Of a stretch of 64,000 nt of DNA, positions 39,978-52,099 are shown in pieces. A program made the position numbers and the translations under genes. The notes below the pieces were generated by a model. The model was not told the origin of the DNA and searched no databases. It worked only from the letters and a program-made list of their open reading frames with translations. Source of the stretch: Chiloscyllium plagiosum (Eukaryota); the NCBI RefSeq assembly GCF_004010195.1, contig NC_057733.1:33629473-33693472 (forward strand). Reading direction: 5' to 3'. Numbering within the stretch: position 1 is the first letter of the stretch; every line of letters begins with the position of its first letter.

Positions 39978-40352
39978 AAAGAAAGAAAGAAAACTTGAAT
40001 TTGAATTTATATAGAGCCTTTCACAAAAGCTCAGGATCTTCTAAAGGGTTGAACTACCTTTAAATTTTAGTCACAATCGTAATGCAGGAAACACAATAAT
40101 AGCTCGGTCCCACCAATAACAATATGATAATGTCCAGATATTGTCCAGATTGATGATAAGGTCAGAAAACCTGGGAGGTTTACCCCTTCCCTTCTTTGAA
40201 ATAATACAATGGGATGTCCTCAACAACTAAAAAGAGAGGGGGGCTTAGTTTTACATCATCTCCAACAATATTGGAGTGTCAATTTACACTCAGTGCTGTA
40301 ATCTCTGGAAAGGTTTGAAACCCATAGCCTTCAGACCCAGGGATGAGCCATA
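39978..40352 (-). mobile_element. DeuSINE/SacSINE1-like element, degenerate and near full length
   Basis: (GAAA)n, atttatatagagcctttcac, ctttgaaataatacaatgggat, ggagtgtca..ctctgga..tttgaaaccca in the expected order. Confidence 0.6.
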
Positions 40353-41639
40353 GCTAATTCTAATTTATTGGAAAATTTCTTTGTCCATTGTAACAGATTT
40401 ATCTTACAGCCATCTTTTCATCAGTTGTTTTCACTCTGTTTTTGTTCTAATGATTCCACATTACAAATGGCTGCAAGAGCGTTGTCATGGAATTTTAGTA
40501 TTTTGAATAATGTATCCCATCTGGGGCCAGTCCAAGTAAACACATGCACAATGGATCCTAGAATTAAAATGCAATTAGAATAAAGCTAAAGCAGGAAACA
40601 TTAATATTTTAAAAAAACTGTCTCCTTTAAGATTTGATTTAGGAAATGAATCTGAAAGAAAAATCCAGTCAGTCTCAGACATAAGAATGATTCAGAGAGG
40701 TTCAGTGCATAAGTGCGCATGAACAATTAGTAACTGATGAATGCTGCTGGCGTGACTACATTAGAGAGGGACATTTTAACCCTACTTGGCAGCACATTAA
40801 TGGAGCCTACTGGTTAAAATCTGCTATGGGCAGACAGGGAATAAACCAATACCCAGAATTTCTCAGTGGAAACCTGCTGGGAATTGCAATCAGATCTGTG
40901 GTATCCTTCAGTGCACCCATGACATATTTTATTTAGTGGGTAGATTTAACTTTAAATTCAAATGTACTTTGGAAGCATGCTGGAAATTGCAATAAAGTAA
41001 CAGATGACAGTGAAACAGAACTGTGCATTATGGATGACTTAAGGAATTTTTATTCTTCAAAGATATGGATTTGAAATCCAGTTGAATCCAGAGTATTGTA
41101 AGAGACAAATTTGAAATGAATTTGCAGTTATTAGTTGGTGCAAAGCAGAGCAGTGCCAATTATTTGCACTTAATTTTCTCAAAGAAGCTGGCTTGTGTGA
41201 AAATTTGAGAAGGAAAGTCATTCTGGTGAAGTATACATTCTCCCAAGGTTGTTGGAAAGGCACACTGGTAGAAAATTATTTTGAAAATTTACTCTGCCTA
41301 ATCTGTGCTAGACCAAATCCAGAAATAACAGTGCTGTTAGGTTGGACAAGTTATCCATTACAGTTTTGAAAGTCATTGCATTTCTGACATCAATGTTCCC
41401 CAAATAGTTTAGCACAGCATTCGGAATCCCTCCAGAAAAATTCAGTTGTGAAGTATCAAGCAAACTTCAAGTAGAACATTATTGATCAGACATTAAAACA
41501 AATCCCAATCTAGTCTCCCTGATGATGTCATAAGCCTATGCTAGTATTGAAACAAAAGCAAAGAAGCTCTGCTTTGTGCTATCGCCAAAATTTATTCTTC
41601 AAACCAATAACAAAAACAAAATAATTGATGCATTCAAAT

Positions 41640-41750
41640 AGATTGCCGCATTTCCTGCATAACAATAGCAGCCTCACTTCATTTGGTTACAGAGCACTTT
41701 GTGATGTAAAGAGGGTATGAATGGTTCAATATAAAAGGTATTGTTTCTTC
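41640..41750 (+). mobile_element. DeuSINE-like 3' tail fragment
   Basis: gccgcatttcctgcataacaa..cacttcatttggtt..gcactttgtgatg..tataaa..tttcttc. Confidence 0.5.
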
Positions 41751-41997
41751 ATTGGAGAATTGGACAAATAACGTGATGTTGTAATTTTATACTTTATAAG
41801 ATTTGATTTCGAGTCCTAAATCTGTAGCAATTAGTGGCAGAGATTTGTAGACCCAAAAAAGAACAAAGGTTGATAAAGTATAAACCTTATTCAAAGTTTT
41901 GATTTGTTCAATAAGTGTAAACCACCACCTTTCTAATGAACGAGCAGCCCTAGGTGTTTGGCGACTTTACTTTATAATAAGAAATAGTTGTTTAAGC

Positions 41998-42430
41998 GAT
42001 AGTCACAGGTGAGGTGCCAGAAGACTGGAGGTTGGCTAACATGGTACCATTATTAAAGAACAGTGGTAAGAACAAACCAGGAAATTATAGACCGGTGAGC
42101 CTGATGTTGGTGGTGGGCAAGTTGTTGGAGGGAATCCTGAGGGACAGGATTTACACGTATTTGGAGAGGCAAGGACTCATTAGGGATAGTCAACATGGCT
42201 TTGTGTATGGGAAATCATTTCTCATGAACTTCATTGAGCTTTTTGAAAATGTAACAAAGATGAATAAAGAGGGCAGAGTAGTGGATGTGATCTATAATGA
42301 CTTCAGTAAAGCGTTCAACAAGATTTCCCCATGGGAGACCGGTTAGCAAGGTTAAATCTCATGGAGTACAGGGGGAACTAGCCATTTGGATACAGAACAG
42401 GCTTGAAGGTAGAAGACAGAGGGTGATGGT
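41998..42430 (+). mobile_element. CR1 internal RT fragment
   Basis: PEDWRLANMVPLLK..PGNYRPVSL..DSQHGFV; homologous to ~36210-36630. Confidence 0.9.
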
Positions 42431-44743
42431 GAATTTGCCTCAACACAGCTGTAAGTGGGCACATTGTGTTAATTTACATGCAGATGAGATTCATTCTTAA
42501 TTTCAAGACCTGAAGGAACCTTATAAATGGTTAGAGTGAAATTAGGACAAGTTAGTGTGTTATTGTTTCAATGCTGGGACATCAGTTCTGAGGAAACTTG
42601 CTTTGAAATGCATGCTCAATGGCTGGAGATAATTCATTTCAAAGGCAAGAGTCACACAGGGCATGTGGCCACCTGGTTGCATTGATAGTTCTCAGGCTAG
42701 TTTGTCAATTGTGTTATTCAGGGTCCTATACTCTGCAGACTATGCAATTAAGTTGAGTGTCTGGAGCTTTAAAATCACTGAAATGAAAGTGTGAGCACAG
42801 GTGCATTCCTAGGTGGGCTTCTGTTATGATCAGGTTAATCATTGGTGTATATATATATCAGAACCAACTCAAGGTGTCATCTATCTTCTGTTGTTACACA
42901 ATAGGTGGCTTGCAAAATGATGCACGTCACATTAGGTGTGCATAGGTGAAGTTTTTTATCCATCCATTCACTGCTTTATTCTGAAGGTATTCTTGTGTGA
43001 AATGTGAAGCACCAAGGTCAAGAGTACTCGATTTTTAAAACCGTTTTAACATTGTCAGTTTAGTGATATTGTATTTTTATAACTGAAGTGTATCACCATT
43101 CTGCTCCCACTACTTCATAGGTCACAACATAAAATAGAAATTCTTCCTCCAGCCACCAAGATGACCAGTTAAATACTTACCTATATCAGGTTTTCACAAA
43201 ACATTTTATTAACCAATAAATGCAATGAAATATTTATTATAAAACCAAAACTTATTCAATAAAGGTGCAATAATTAGTTAACATAGTTTGTAATAAAGAA
43301 ACATAAACGCATATCTCTATACATACCCCCAGAAAATACGCACATACACATTCACTCACTCTTCAGGAACAGGGAAAAGTAAACATATTTCTCAGCAGAT
43401 AAATTGGCTTTCTGAAGCAAGTATTTTGGTTCATTGGTTACTCTTGAAGGCAAAGGGATAAAGTGTAATATGTTTTGGTATATGTTTCTCTGATGTTGTG
43501 GCATGTATGTGGTCAAGTCACAATCATGCAGAGTTGTCACTGAAGTCTTGCAGACCAAGCTTGTTCCCGAAATACAATCTTGAGACATTCTCTCAATCAC
43601 TTTTTGAAAAGAAGAATACATTTCACCCTGAACTGATGAACTTTTGAGAAATGAGAGAGTGCAGCTGGTCAGCTTGTTCCTGGCATGCTTTCCTCCAAAG
43701 ATTTGTTCTTAGCAGGCTTCCCTTTAAATAAGTTACCAGGTTTTCTTTCAACTAAACCTATTTAAAACAAACCTTTCCAAAACAGGCACTGTTTCAAAAC
43801 AGTCCCAGGCAGGGTCTATGGAAAAGCAAGTAATTCTCACAAGTCATATGATTTTTACAATGTCTTAAAGAAATCTCAACATCCACGCTGAAATGTCAAT
43901 GACCTTCTTTAAAGAAATCACTCCAGGTACATCCACAAAATTCAAAATAAGTTCCTTTCTTCAGAATCCTTTAAAACCCGAGCCCTGCAAGCAACTTTAA
44001 ATGCAAAGCATCTTTGTAACAGTATGAAGAATTGCATTGCAGTTTGTATTCATCGTGCAATGTGTTTTTAATTTAGTTTGACAGAACAAAATCTTTGAAC
44101 TGACACTTGGTGACATTATTGTACTCTAATTTCAGATGCTTCTCTCCACAAAGGGGGAAAAAATAAATCACAATCCTTAAATGTTAAGTCCTCAACTAAA
44201 TATCAAATTTAGACATTGAATACACATCTATCAAGCACACAGGTAATAATGTCACGAGATATCCCAACTAACATCTTTACAAAAACTAAGCAGTACATAC
44301 ATGTTGTTGTGTACAAATAGGATGAAAGAGTTTTAACAAAAAAATTATTTTTGTGGGGATGAAACCTCTTCATCTGTTGCCCTAATAGCTTGTTCAAGTT
44401 AAAATCATTACCAATTCCATAACAGAGAGTAAATAACTCTCAGTTTCAAAGTATATTTGTGCTGTTATATGAGGTTATCCATTTGATTTGGTATGGCATC
44501 TGCAATAGCAGCTAGAAAATAAAAATGAGCTGTTAAATTGCAGATTTACTTTTAAAGGTTAGAAGAGGGAGGTGCATCTAATTATTTAAAATAAGCTTGA
44601 AGGCTTGAGTCTCTTGATGTGTTTTGACCTTATCTATTCAATTTAATTGAAGTAGAAGGAACGTTAAAATACCACTGAGCATCCCTACTTTGGAAATACT
44701 AGTGTCACTTTCAATGTTATAGAACTGACAATAGGTTTTTACA

Positions 44744-44876
44744 GGGCAAAAGTGAGGACTGCAGATGCAGGAAACCAGAGTTTAGATTAGAGTGATGCCG
44801 GAAAAGCACAGCAGGTCAGGCAGCATCCGAGGAGCAGGAAAATTGACGTTTTGGACAAAAACCCTTCATCAGGAAT
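44744..44876 (-). mobile_element. 133-bp Penelope-like terminal unit with 10-bp TSD
   Basis: ggtttttaca at 44734-44743 and 44877-44886; reverse complement begins attcCTGATGAagggtttttgtccaaaacgtc. Confidence 0.88.
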
Positions 44877-45109
44877 GGTTTTTACATTCTTTCAACATCC
44901 CTTGGATTTTCCAAAGAACGCTGGCCAGGTTTGGGATAGGGATAACTAGTTCTAAATCTCTGCTCAATTTAGCAGTGGCCAATTGACTTTGATTATTTAT
45001 GATTGTGCAAGTGGCTGCCCTAAAAGGCATGGGGTATTTAAATAAGGCTGTCCTGACGAGATGATTATAGCACCAAATGTGTTGGCATTACTTAGCATTG
45101 CAAACAAGA

Positions 45110-45294
45110 TACGTGTTGAGGTATGATGCTAACAGTGTGGGTTCAGTTCCTACGCTGGCTGAGGTTACCATGAAGGATTCTTCTCAAATTCTCCCCTCGC
45201 CTGAGGTATGCTGACTCTCAGATTAAACACCCAATAGTCATCTCTCTCTAATGAGAGATCTGCCCTATGATCCAGTAGACAATGATGACTTTAC
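45110..45294 (+). mobile_element. tRNA-derived SINE whose tail is the target of the PLE composite
   Basis: B-box-like ggttcagttcc; body ggctgaggttaccatgaagga..ctcccctcgcctgagg; tail gactttac continues as ctttgac at 48514; related tail fragment at ~41920-41975. Confidence 0.65.
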
Positions 45295-45681
45295 GGAGAA
45301 AGTGAGGTCTGCAGATGCTGGAGATCAGAGCTGAAAATGTGTTGCTGGAAAAGCGCAGCAGGTCAGGCAGCATCCAGGGATCAGGAGAATCGACGTTTCG
45401 GGCATAAGCCCTTCTTCAGGAATGAGGAAAGTTTGTCCAGCAGGCTAAGATAAAAGGTAGGGAGGAGGGACTTGGGGGAGGGGCGTCGGAAATGTGATAG
45501 GTGGAAAGAGGTCAAGGTGAGGGTGATAGGCGAGACTGGGGTGCGGGGGGAGAGGTGGGGAAGAAGATTGCAGGTTAGGAAGGCGGTGCTGAGTTCGATG
45601 GATTTGACTGAGACAAGGTGGGAGGAGGGGAAATGAAATTTTCAGCTCTGATCTCCAGCATCTGCAGACCTCACTTTCTCC
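45295..45681 (-). mobile_element. Young Penelope-like terminal repeat with 44-bp inverted ends
   Basis: 45295-45338 is the reverse complement of 45638-45681; hammerhead-like motif at 45388-45424 on the minus strand. Confidence 0.9.
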
Positions 45682-45844
45682 TATTATGAGACCCAGCTAT
45701 GTTTCTTGAGGGTTAGTAATCAAACTACGTGGTCCTGGTGCCATCTTTAAAAGGCAGCTTGAAGCCATTCAGTGACTGCAAGCATGGAACTGCCACTCAG
45801 CCTGAAGTAGTCTCCCTCAACTGCAGTCAGCATCCCTCCAGTAA

Positions 45845-47150
45845 AACATCAGCTTGCTCCGTGTTTCAGTGATGCTTTATTATAGGTGCTGCTGGAATGA
45901 GGAAGGGACAGAATGGAGGTCCTGCTTTTGGGGGAATGGCATGAGAAAGCCATGACATCAAACCCATCTTGCAAGGACAGAGATAGCAGCATGTGTCAGT
46001 ACCAATGCCCCTCATAAACACACTCCACATGGTGCTGCAAGAAAATAAATGATCTCTTGATCTCCACAAGGATAATTGGCACTCTTTTCTCTCTGTTAGT
46101 TTATGCTCACAGAGCCATCACTCAGTTTAACTCTATCACTGTGCATGCAGCTCACATGCACATTGTTCACTCCAGGGCTCATTCCCACCTCATCCTCTCA
46201 AGATGCCTACCCACCCTCTGCTTTCTGCTGTCACACTGGGGATGGCCCATCATCTCACCATGGTTATACATGCTCACAAAAGGCTCCTGCACCCATTCCC
46301 ATCACACTCAGTCTTTCTCTTTATCTCATTGCAGGAAAAAGTTTGCTCGCAATCGTGGGAAGAGGGCCAAAACCTGTGGAAGGACATAAAGATCTTCACC
46401 TACGCTGAGGAGAGGACAATCGAGCTGGGCAGGGAAGACCAGGATCACTCCTGTAGGGATGGGGAGGGAGAATTAGCCGAGGAACACGGTAGGCAACGTT
46501 GTGGACTACACTTTCTCGGATGAGCGCTGCTGAGACATTTGCCTGCACAGGCTATTGTGCAACTTCGCCAACTAATTCCTCCTGCAGACACTAGGACACC
46601 CAGGAACTATCCTAGAAAACTATCCTGAGCCACTTTGGCATCCCCACCAGCACCTCTGGGAACCCTCAGGGGAAGCACTGGTAAGGCATTCACCACCAGC
46701 TCAGACACTGCCACCTCCCAGTGGGTACTCTTGCCACATTGGATTTGGAGACATAGTCTGGCGAGTCCATTACTGTCAAGTGACCACAGCCAGTGGAACA
46801 AGAAACCCCTGAGGTCTCTGACACGCTCAGACTTGCTGGAGATCAAGTCTATACTGTGTCCCATGGTAAAAGATGTGACTCTGACCTCAGCCATAAGTGA
46901 AACATCCAATCTGCAGCGAAGTCATGAGAACAGCAGGCAAATATGCCAGAAGCCCTCAGTAGGCTGTAGCTAAAGATTCAGCACGTGAGACTGTGGATGC
47001 CTTTATATGGCAAGGGTGGAGGTTACCGTGGAGATCAAAATCCAGCAGAACTCTCAGCTGCCAGACATGTGGTCAGACAAATACATCATTGCTCAGCACC
47101 CATGGTAAGACAAAAGGTGTCAAAGAGAGTACCCGATGCTCACAGGAAGA
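45845..47150 (+). pseudogene. Degenerate intron-containing Harbinger Myb/SANT gene
   Basis: LAPCFSDALL*VLLE*GRDRMEVL...TEIAACVS...CKKINDLLISTR; acceptor tctttatctcattgcag at ~46334 followed by (A)RNRGKRAKTCG, like AHNxRERxKTGGG. Confidence 0.7.
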
Positions 47151-47178
47151 GGTGATAGGTCCCTCAACAACATCTTTT

Positions 47179-47505
47179 GGGTGACACGGTGGCTCAGTGG
47201 TTGGCACTGCTGCCTCACACTGCCAGGGACCTAGGTTTGATTCCCATCTTGGGCGACTGTCTGTGTGGAGTTTGCACATTCTCCCCATGCCTGCATGTGT
47301 TTCCTCCAGGTGCTCCGGTTTCCTCTCACAATCCAAAGATGTGCAGGTCAGGTGAATTGGCCATGCTAAATTGCCCACAGTGTTAGGTGCTTTCTTCAGG
47401 GGCAAATATAGGGGAATGGGTCTGGATAGTTACTCTTCAGAGAGTTGGTGTGAACTTGTTGGGCTGAAGGGCCTGTTTCCATACTGTAGGGAATCTAATC
47501 TAATC
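47179..47505 (+). mobile_element. HE1-type SINE (older subfamily)
   Basis: gggtgacacggtggctcagtggttggc head; (aatct)n tail. Confidence 0.9.
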
Positions 47506-48246
47506 TTTACCAGGCACTTCAGAAATGGCTGCCCCTCCACCTCTTCTCTCAGAGAGAAACTCCAGCTAGAAAAACCCAGGAATTCATGGAAATAAATGTA
47601 CTTGTAGACTGGAGCTTCATTTTGAAGGGTACAAGTTGGAGCAGTATGTCTCATTCACCAGTTTTACTGGCTTTCTCTACTTCCAACAGTGGAGGGCTGG
47701 GAGAGTACACCTTCATCTCTACAGGATAGTCTCAGCTGGATGGAGCCGGTACCCTGAGCATAGCTTCCAAAGACTTCAATGTCACAGGAGTGTACCAATC
47801 AGCAGATTCCCTCCAGCCCACCCACCAGTGGCTGGTGGGACCACACTTAGATGTAAGGAGGAGAGGAAAGTTCGTACTGGCACTGGCCCTCAATAATTGT
47901 ACATAATCTACACTTCTGTAAACATGCATTCACTTTCACTATATTTTACTATGCCAGTAGGAACTTAGAAAGTTCTTGGAAGCATCTTGTCCCAGCAAAA
48001 GGATATGTGACTTCCCACTGTTAGAACCTCTCCCATAACCAGCGAAGTGGGAGATGAGTGACTATCTCAGCCATCAGGGAATCCCAGCCCTGTGTGGTAG
48101 GGACTGTAGATTCTCTTCGGGACACTGATGTTAGTGATAATGTCTCAGGGGGAATTCAGGGTAAGAAATGTCTAGTTGGTGGACACTGTGCTTCCACCTT
48201 ATTGGAGTGATGGCAGAATTTTTCATGTGTTTGCAGGTCCAAGAAG

Positions 48247-48498
48247 CACCTCCTCCCATCCTGCCCCCTGTAAAAACACCATCCCATTCTCCCAATTCCT
48301 TCGACTCCACCGCATCTGCTCCCAGGAGGACCAGTTCCAAAAACGTACAACCCAGATGGCCTCCTTCTTCAAGGACCGCAATTTCCCCCCCGACGTGGTC
48401 GACGATGCACTCCACCGCATCTCTTCCACTTCCCGCTCCTCCGCCCTTGAGCCCCGCCCCTCCTGACCTGCTGCGCTTTTCCAGCAACACATTTTCAG
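48247..48498 (+). mobile_element. Penelope-like ORF fragment fused to truncated terminal repeat
   Basis: TSSHPAPCKNTIPFSQFLRLHRICSQEDQF...FFKDRNFP, then a jump to cctgacctgctgcgcttttccagcaacacattttcag. Confidence 0.9.
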
Positions 48499-49179
48499 CA
48501 ATGATGACTTTACCTTTGACTAACACCCATTTTGCATCATGATCAAACTATTTTCATTCAGTGACAATCATGGGCAAGTAAAATGGACATCCAATGTTGC
48601 TATGCATTCCAATAAGACAATATGGAGGTACAGTTGGATTTAAAACATTTAGCCAAAGTTTTTTAAGGATTAAAATAAGGCTAATTTCTCAGGGAAATTT
48701 GTTTATGTTTTGCAGCTGGTAACTGCTTAATAGGCTTCCTTTTGATGTTGCAGGTTCTCTTCCTTTTCTAAAGACACACCATGAATTTCCTGTTAAGTTC
48801 ACTTTTGTTTGGAAGTGGGAGAGATGATGCACTGCAGAGAAGCCTAGATGGTCACTCACACAGGTGATTTTCGCAATATAACCATTGAGGTATACTATTG
48901 TTTGATAGCCTTGCAGCAGTACTTTGGGAGGAACTGCACCACATCGATGAAGGATGACAAACATTACAATTTGCCTACACCCTGTTGCATGGGTATGTCT
49001 GCTCAGTACACAGTACTATCTGCTACTCATGATGAATACTGCTGCCACTATCTCCTTTAAGTCAGCCTGTTTTGTCTAATGTGGTAGAGGAAAACCACTT
49101 TCTCGTCTAAGTTGAATAATCTCTTGCCATTTTCAAACTTTAACTTTTTGCCTGTTAGCAACTAGTTAAAAGTTACATA

Positions 49180-50450
49180 GTTAGGAAATTATTATTATAG
49201 AACTTTGAGGAGAACCAGATATTAGGTCTAAGATTCTAAGCTATCGTGGCCACAACCATCTTTTATGTTTGCCTCTATTGTAGAGTGTGGCCTGTGATGC
49301 ATGGCAGGATTGCTGCTTACATACAACTTGATGGTCCTTGAGATGTCAATGTGGACCAATTTCTTTGGTAGGTGGGGGGGGGGAGAAGCTCAGTCTTCAG
49401 CATCTTGCCCATCAGCAAGTTTGATAGTGTTGGACCATGTTGAAGTGGGGTGCATCCATGAATTAACAGTGTTGTGTGAAAGTCCATACTATTCTTCAAG
49501 AGCGATTTACCTGTTGTGAATCCATACTTGGTTTCCTTCTATGATTGTGGCTTGTGACAACTTCAACCAAGAACTGGTTGCAAATTGGTCGAAGCACTCA
49601 TTTGTGAACTGGGGCTGTTATTCAAAACAACCACATCAGGGAAATCACACATTGAATTTGGTTATGTAAGACTTAGTTAATAGCATCTGGATTTGACTAG
49701 ATTTCTTGGAGAATTCACACATTGTTCAGAGTGACCTTTCTGCTTGAAAATGCTTTACGATTGCATGCACTTCTGATCATGCTCTTTAACTGTTTTCTCA
49801 TGTGGTTCGCCTGGAGAAATAATCAATGACAAGGAGGTAAGACCTTCCATCAAAAACATAAAGGTTGGTGCCCACACATTCCCTTGGTTTGGTAGGGAAT
49901 GGGTGGGTCTTAAAATCTCCCCTTGTTCAATCCATGGATGGCACAAGTCTGACAATCAGTGATAAGGTCCTCAATATCATTGGAGATCTTAGGCTACCAC
50001 ACCACTGACTGTGCTCAGGCTCTGCATTTGGAGATCTCCAAGTGTTTGTGATATAGCTTCCTTGAGATATCTCTCTGAAGTATGTCATCCACATTTGTAA
50101 AACAGCAATGGTGCTCTTGATATGTGTTCAGGGTCAACTTGTTACGTCTTTGGTCTGAGCACAACAGATATCAAGACATGCCTGGCTCCTCAATTGATCG
50201 TATCGTACCTGGCTAAGTTGACTGTGGCGAGCTGAACATTGTGCCACGAAGCACTGAGCATATGACTGATTTTGTGAATAAACTCAATACTATCCCTGGT
50301 ATGGCTGTTGCCCAGTTTCTGAAGGGTGGTTCTGCTGCTGCCTGCGGTTTCCCTGCATTTATACTGTTTCATTGGTGGATCGCATGAGACAAAGTCTTTA
50401 TTTTGTTGGAAGCATTATTGCTCACTCCTTCCCATCCAGTAGAGAAATTA
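49180..50450 (-). mobile_element. Old Gypsy integrase remnant
   Basis: Minus frame LYHKHLEISKCRA*AQSVVW*PKISNDIEDLITDCQTC (HHCC zinc-binding region), then VFDGRSYLLVIDYFSR. Confidence 0.75.
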
Positions 50451-50689
50451 AAGGTTTCCATGACCAATTTCAGTCCTAGGATTAGATATTAACTTAAAAT
50501 TGACAGGTTAGCCAAAATGATAGAAAATGAAATGAATAAAAATAACTTATGGAGCTGAATGATGACCTGATGGTTAGGTCATCATTCCCAGTTGCTATGT
50601 GTGCTGCACAAGCAGATAACTTAATACTGAGTCTGAAGATCTCACACACTGCTGCTCAGCATATGCTGTAGAGCAGTCAAATCAAAACT

Positions 50690-51540
50690 GTACCCCTGTC
50701 TACTATGTTGCATGGGTATGCCACATTATTGTTACAGAGACTTTGAGGAGGACCATATTTTAGGTATCATTCCTTTGAGATCGTCCATTGTTCTGTGATC
50801 ACATGACATTATCATAGAGGGTGGTGTTTATGGTACTCCTCAATATTCTTTTTCAGATCCACTTAGAACATGGGCCACCTCTATCGTAGTCACTGATCTA
50901 TAATACAATCTCTACCAGAATCGACCTGAAATTTCATTCTGTGGTGACACTGTAGCTGCTGTTCAGAACTACACAACATTGTCAATTAGTTGTGTGTAAA
51001 TATAGTAAGCAGATCTCAGCTGCTTCATTCGTCGCAGTAAAATATTTCGTCCACGCACTCTTGGTTCATGGAGGTGGCAATATGGCAGAGCATTGTCAAT
51101 TTATAGAGTGGTTGGATTTCTAATTGGCCAAGCTGTCACAGATTGCATCCACAGTTCCCTGGTCAACAGCATTACAAATGTCCACATAATGCCCATCCAG
51201 CTCATTAGCGATCAGCAAATGAATGCTATAAGGAGCCATGAATCTTTTATTTGAACCAGGAATCTCAGACACTGTGTGACTCTGGAAGATCCAAAGCTGG
51301 CCATTGTTAATAACCATTTGTACTTTCCCATGACATTAACCATGGGCCAATATAATGAGATGGACTCATCCTCCAGTTTCATCATAGAGCATACAATTAA
51401 AATGTTGAAGATATGGTTCAGGTGCTTGAATATATCTGGGATGCTCAGCTATAGAATTCAGTCTCAAGGTTTATAATTATGTGCTGCCTGCTGCACACTT
51501 TGCATTACAAAGAAGCTTCATCATGAAGGCTCCATAGGAG
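50690..51540 (-). mobile_element. Possible second, more decayed Gypsy 3' remnant
   Basis: gactttgaggaggaccatattttaggt resembles aactttgaggagaaccagatattaggt at ~49201; tgttgcatgggtatg is shared with ~48983; VINNGQL resembles the SDNGPQF motif. Confidence 0.35.
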
Positions 51541-52099
51541 GAAAGTACCCAAGGGCAGCAAGAGATCAGCTGTAGTGGCATGAACAGAGTATGAGGACGC
51601 TGCCAAAAAAGATTTTGCAGTTGAAATCAAACTTTATCAAACCCACAATAAAGAAGGAAGTGTTTGGTAAAACTTTGAAGACATTTAAATGTGTGAAAAA
51701 CAAATTTATTATCCCATTCAAGAAAACATTAAATATCATGGGTGTTATTTTTAAAAAGATGCATTTTGTTCAGTTACTTTTTGGGAATGTTTTAAACCAA
51801 CTTCTGATGTGTGTTTACTCTGTGATGTAAGAGGAAACAATGAGTTCTCATGCTGGAGAGCAACCATCTTTTATTAATTGTTTACACTATATATAGGCAT
51901 GTGAGTAAGGGAGAGCATGCTTTGAACCTTGGTCCTATTTCCATTGTGCCACTACATCAGCAGGCATCACTCAAGATATATACAATTCATGAAAATAATG
52001 TGTTTGCTCATTATCCTACACCTCTCCCAGTCTAACCCTTTCAGTCATGGATGTTTAACTACTAATATGTTCGTTAACATTCAGCCATCAACATTTTCC

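Noticed and set aside
43130-44021. Possible minus-strand solo LTR and AG|GTAAGT donor at ~43175
   Set aside because: Only one plausible LTR end and no TSD seen; the donor lacks a supporting exon.
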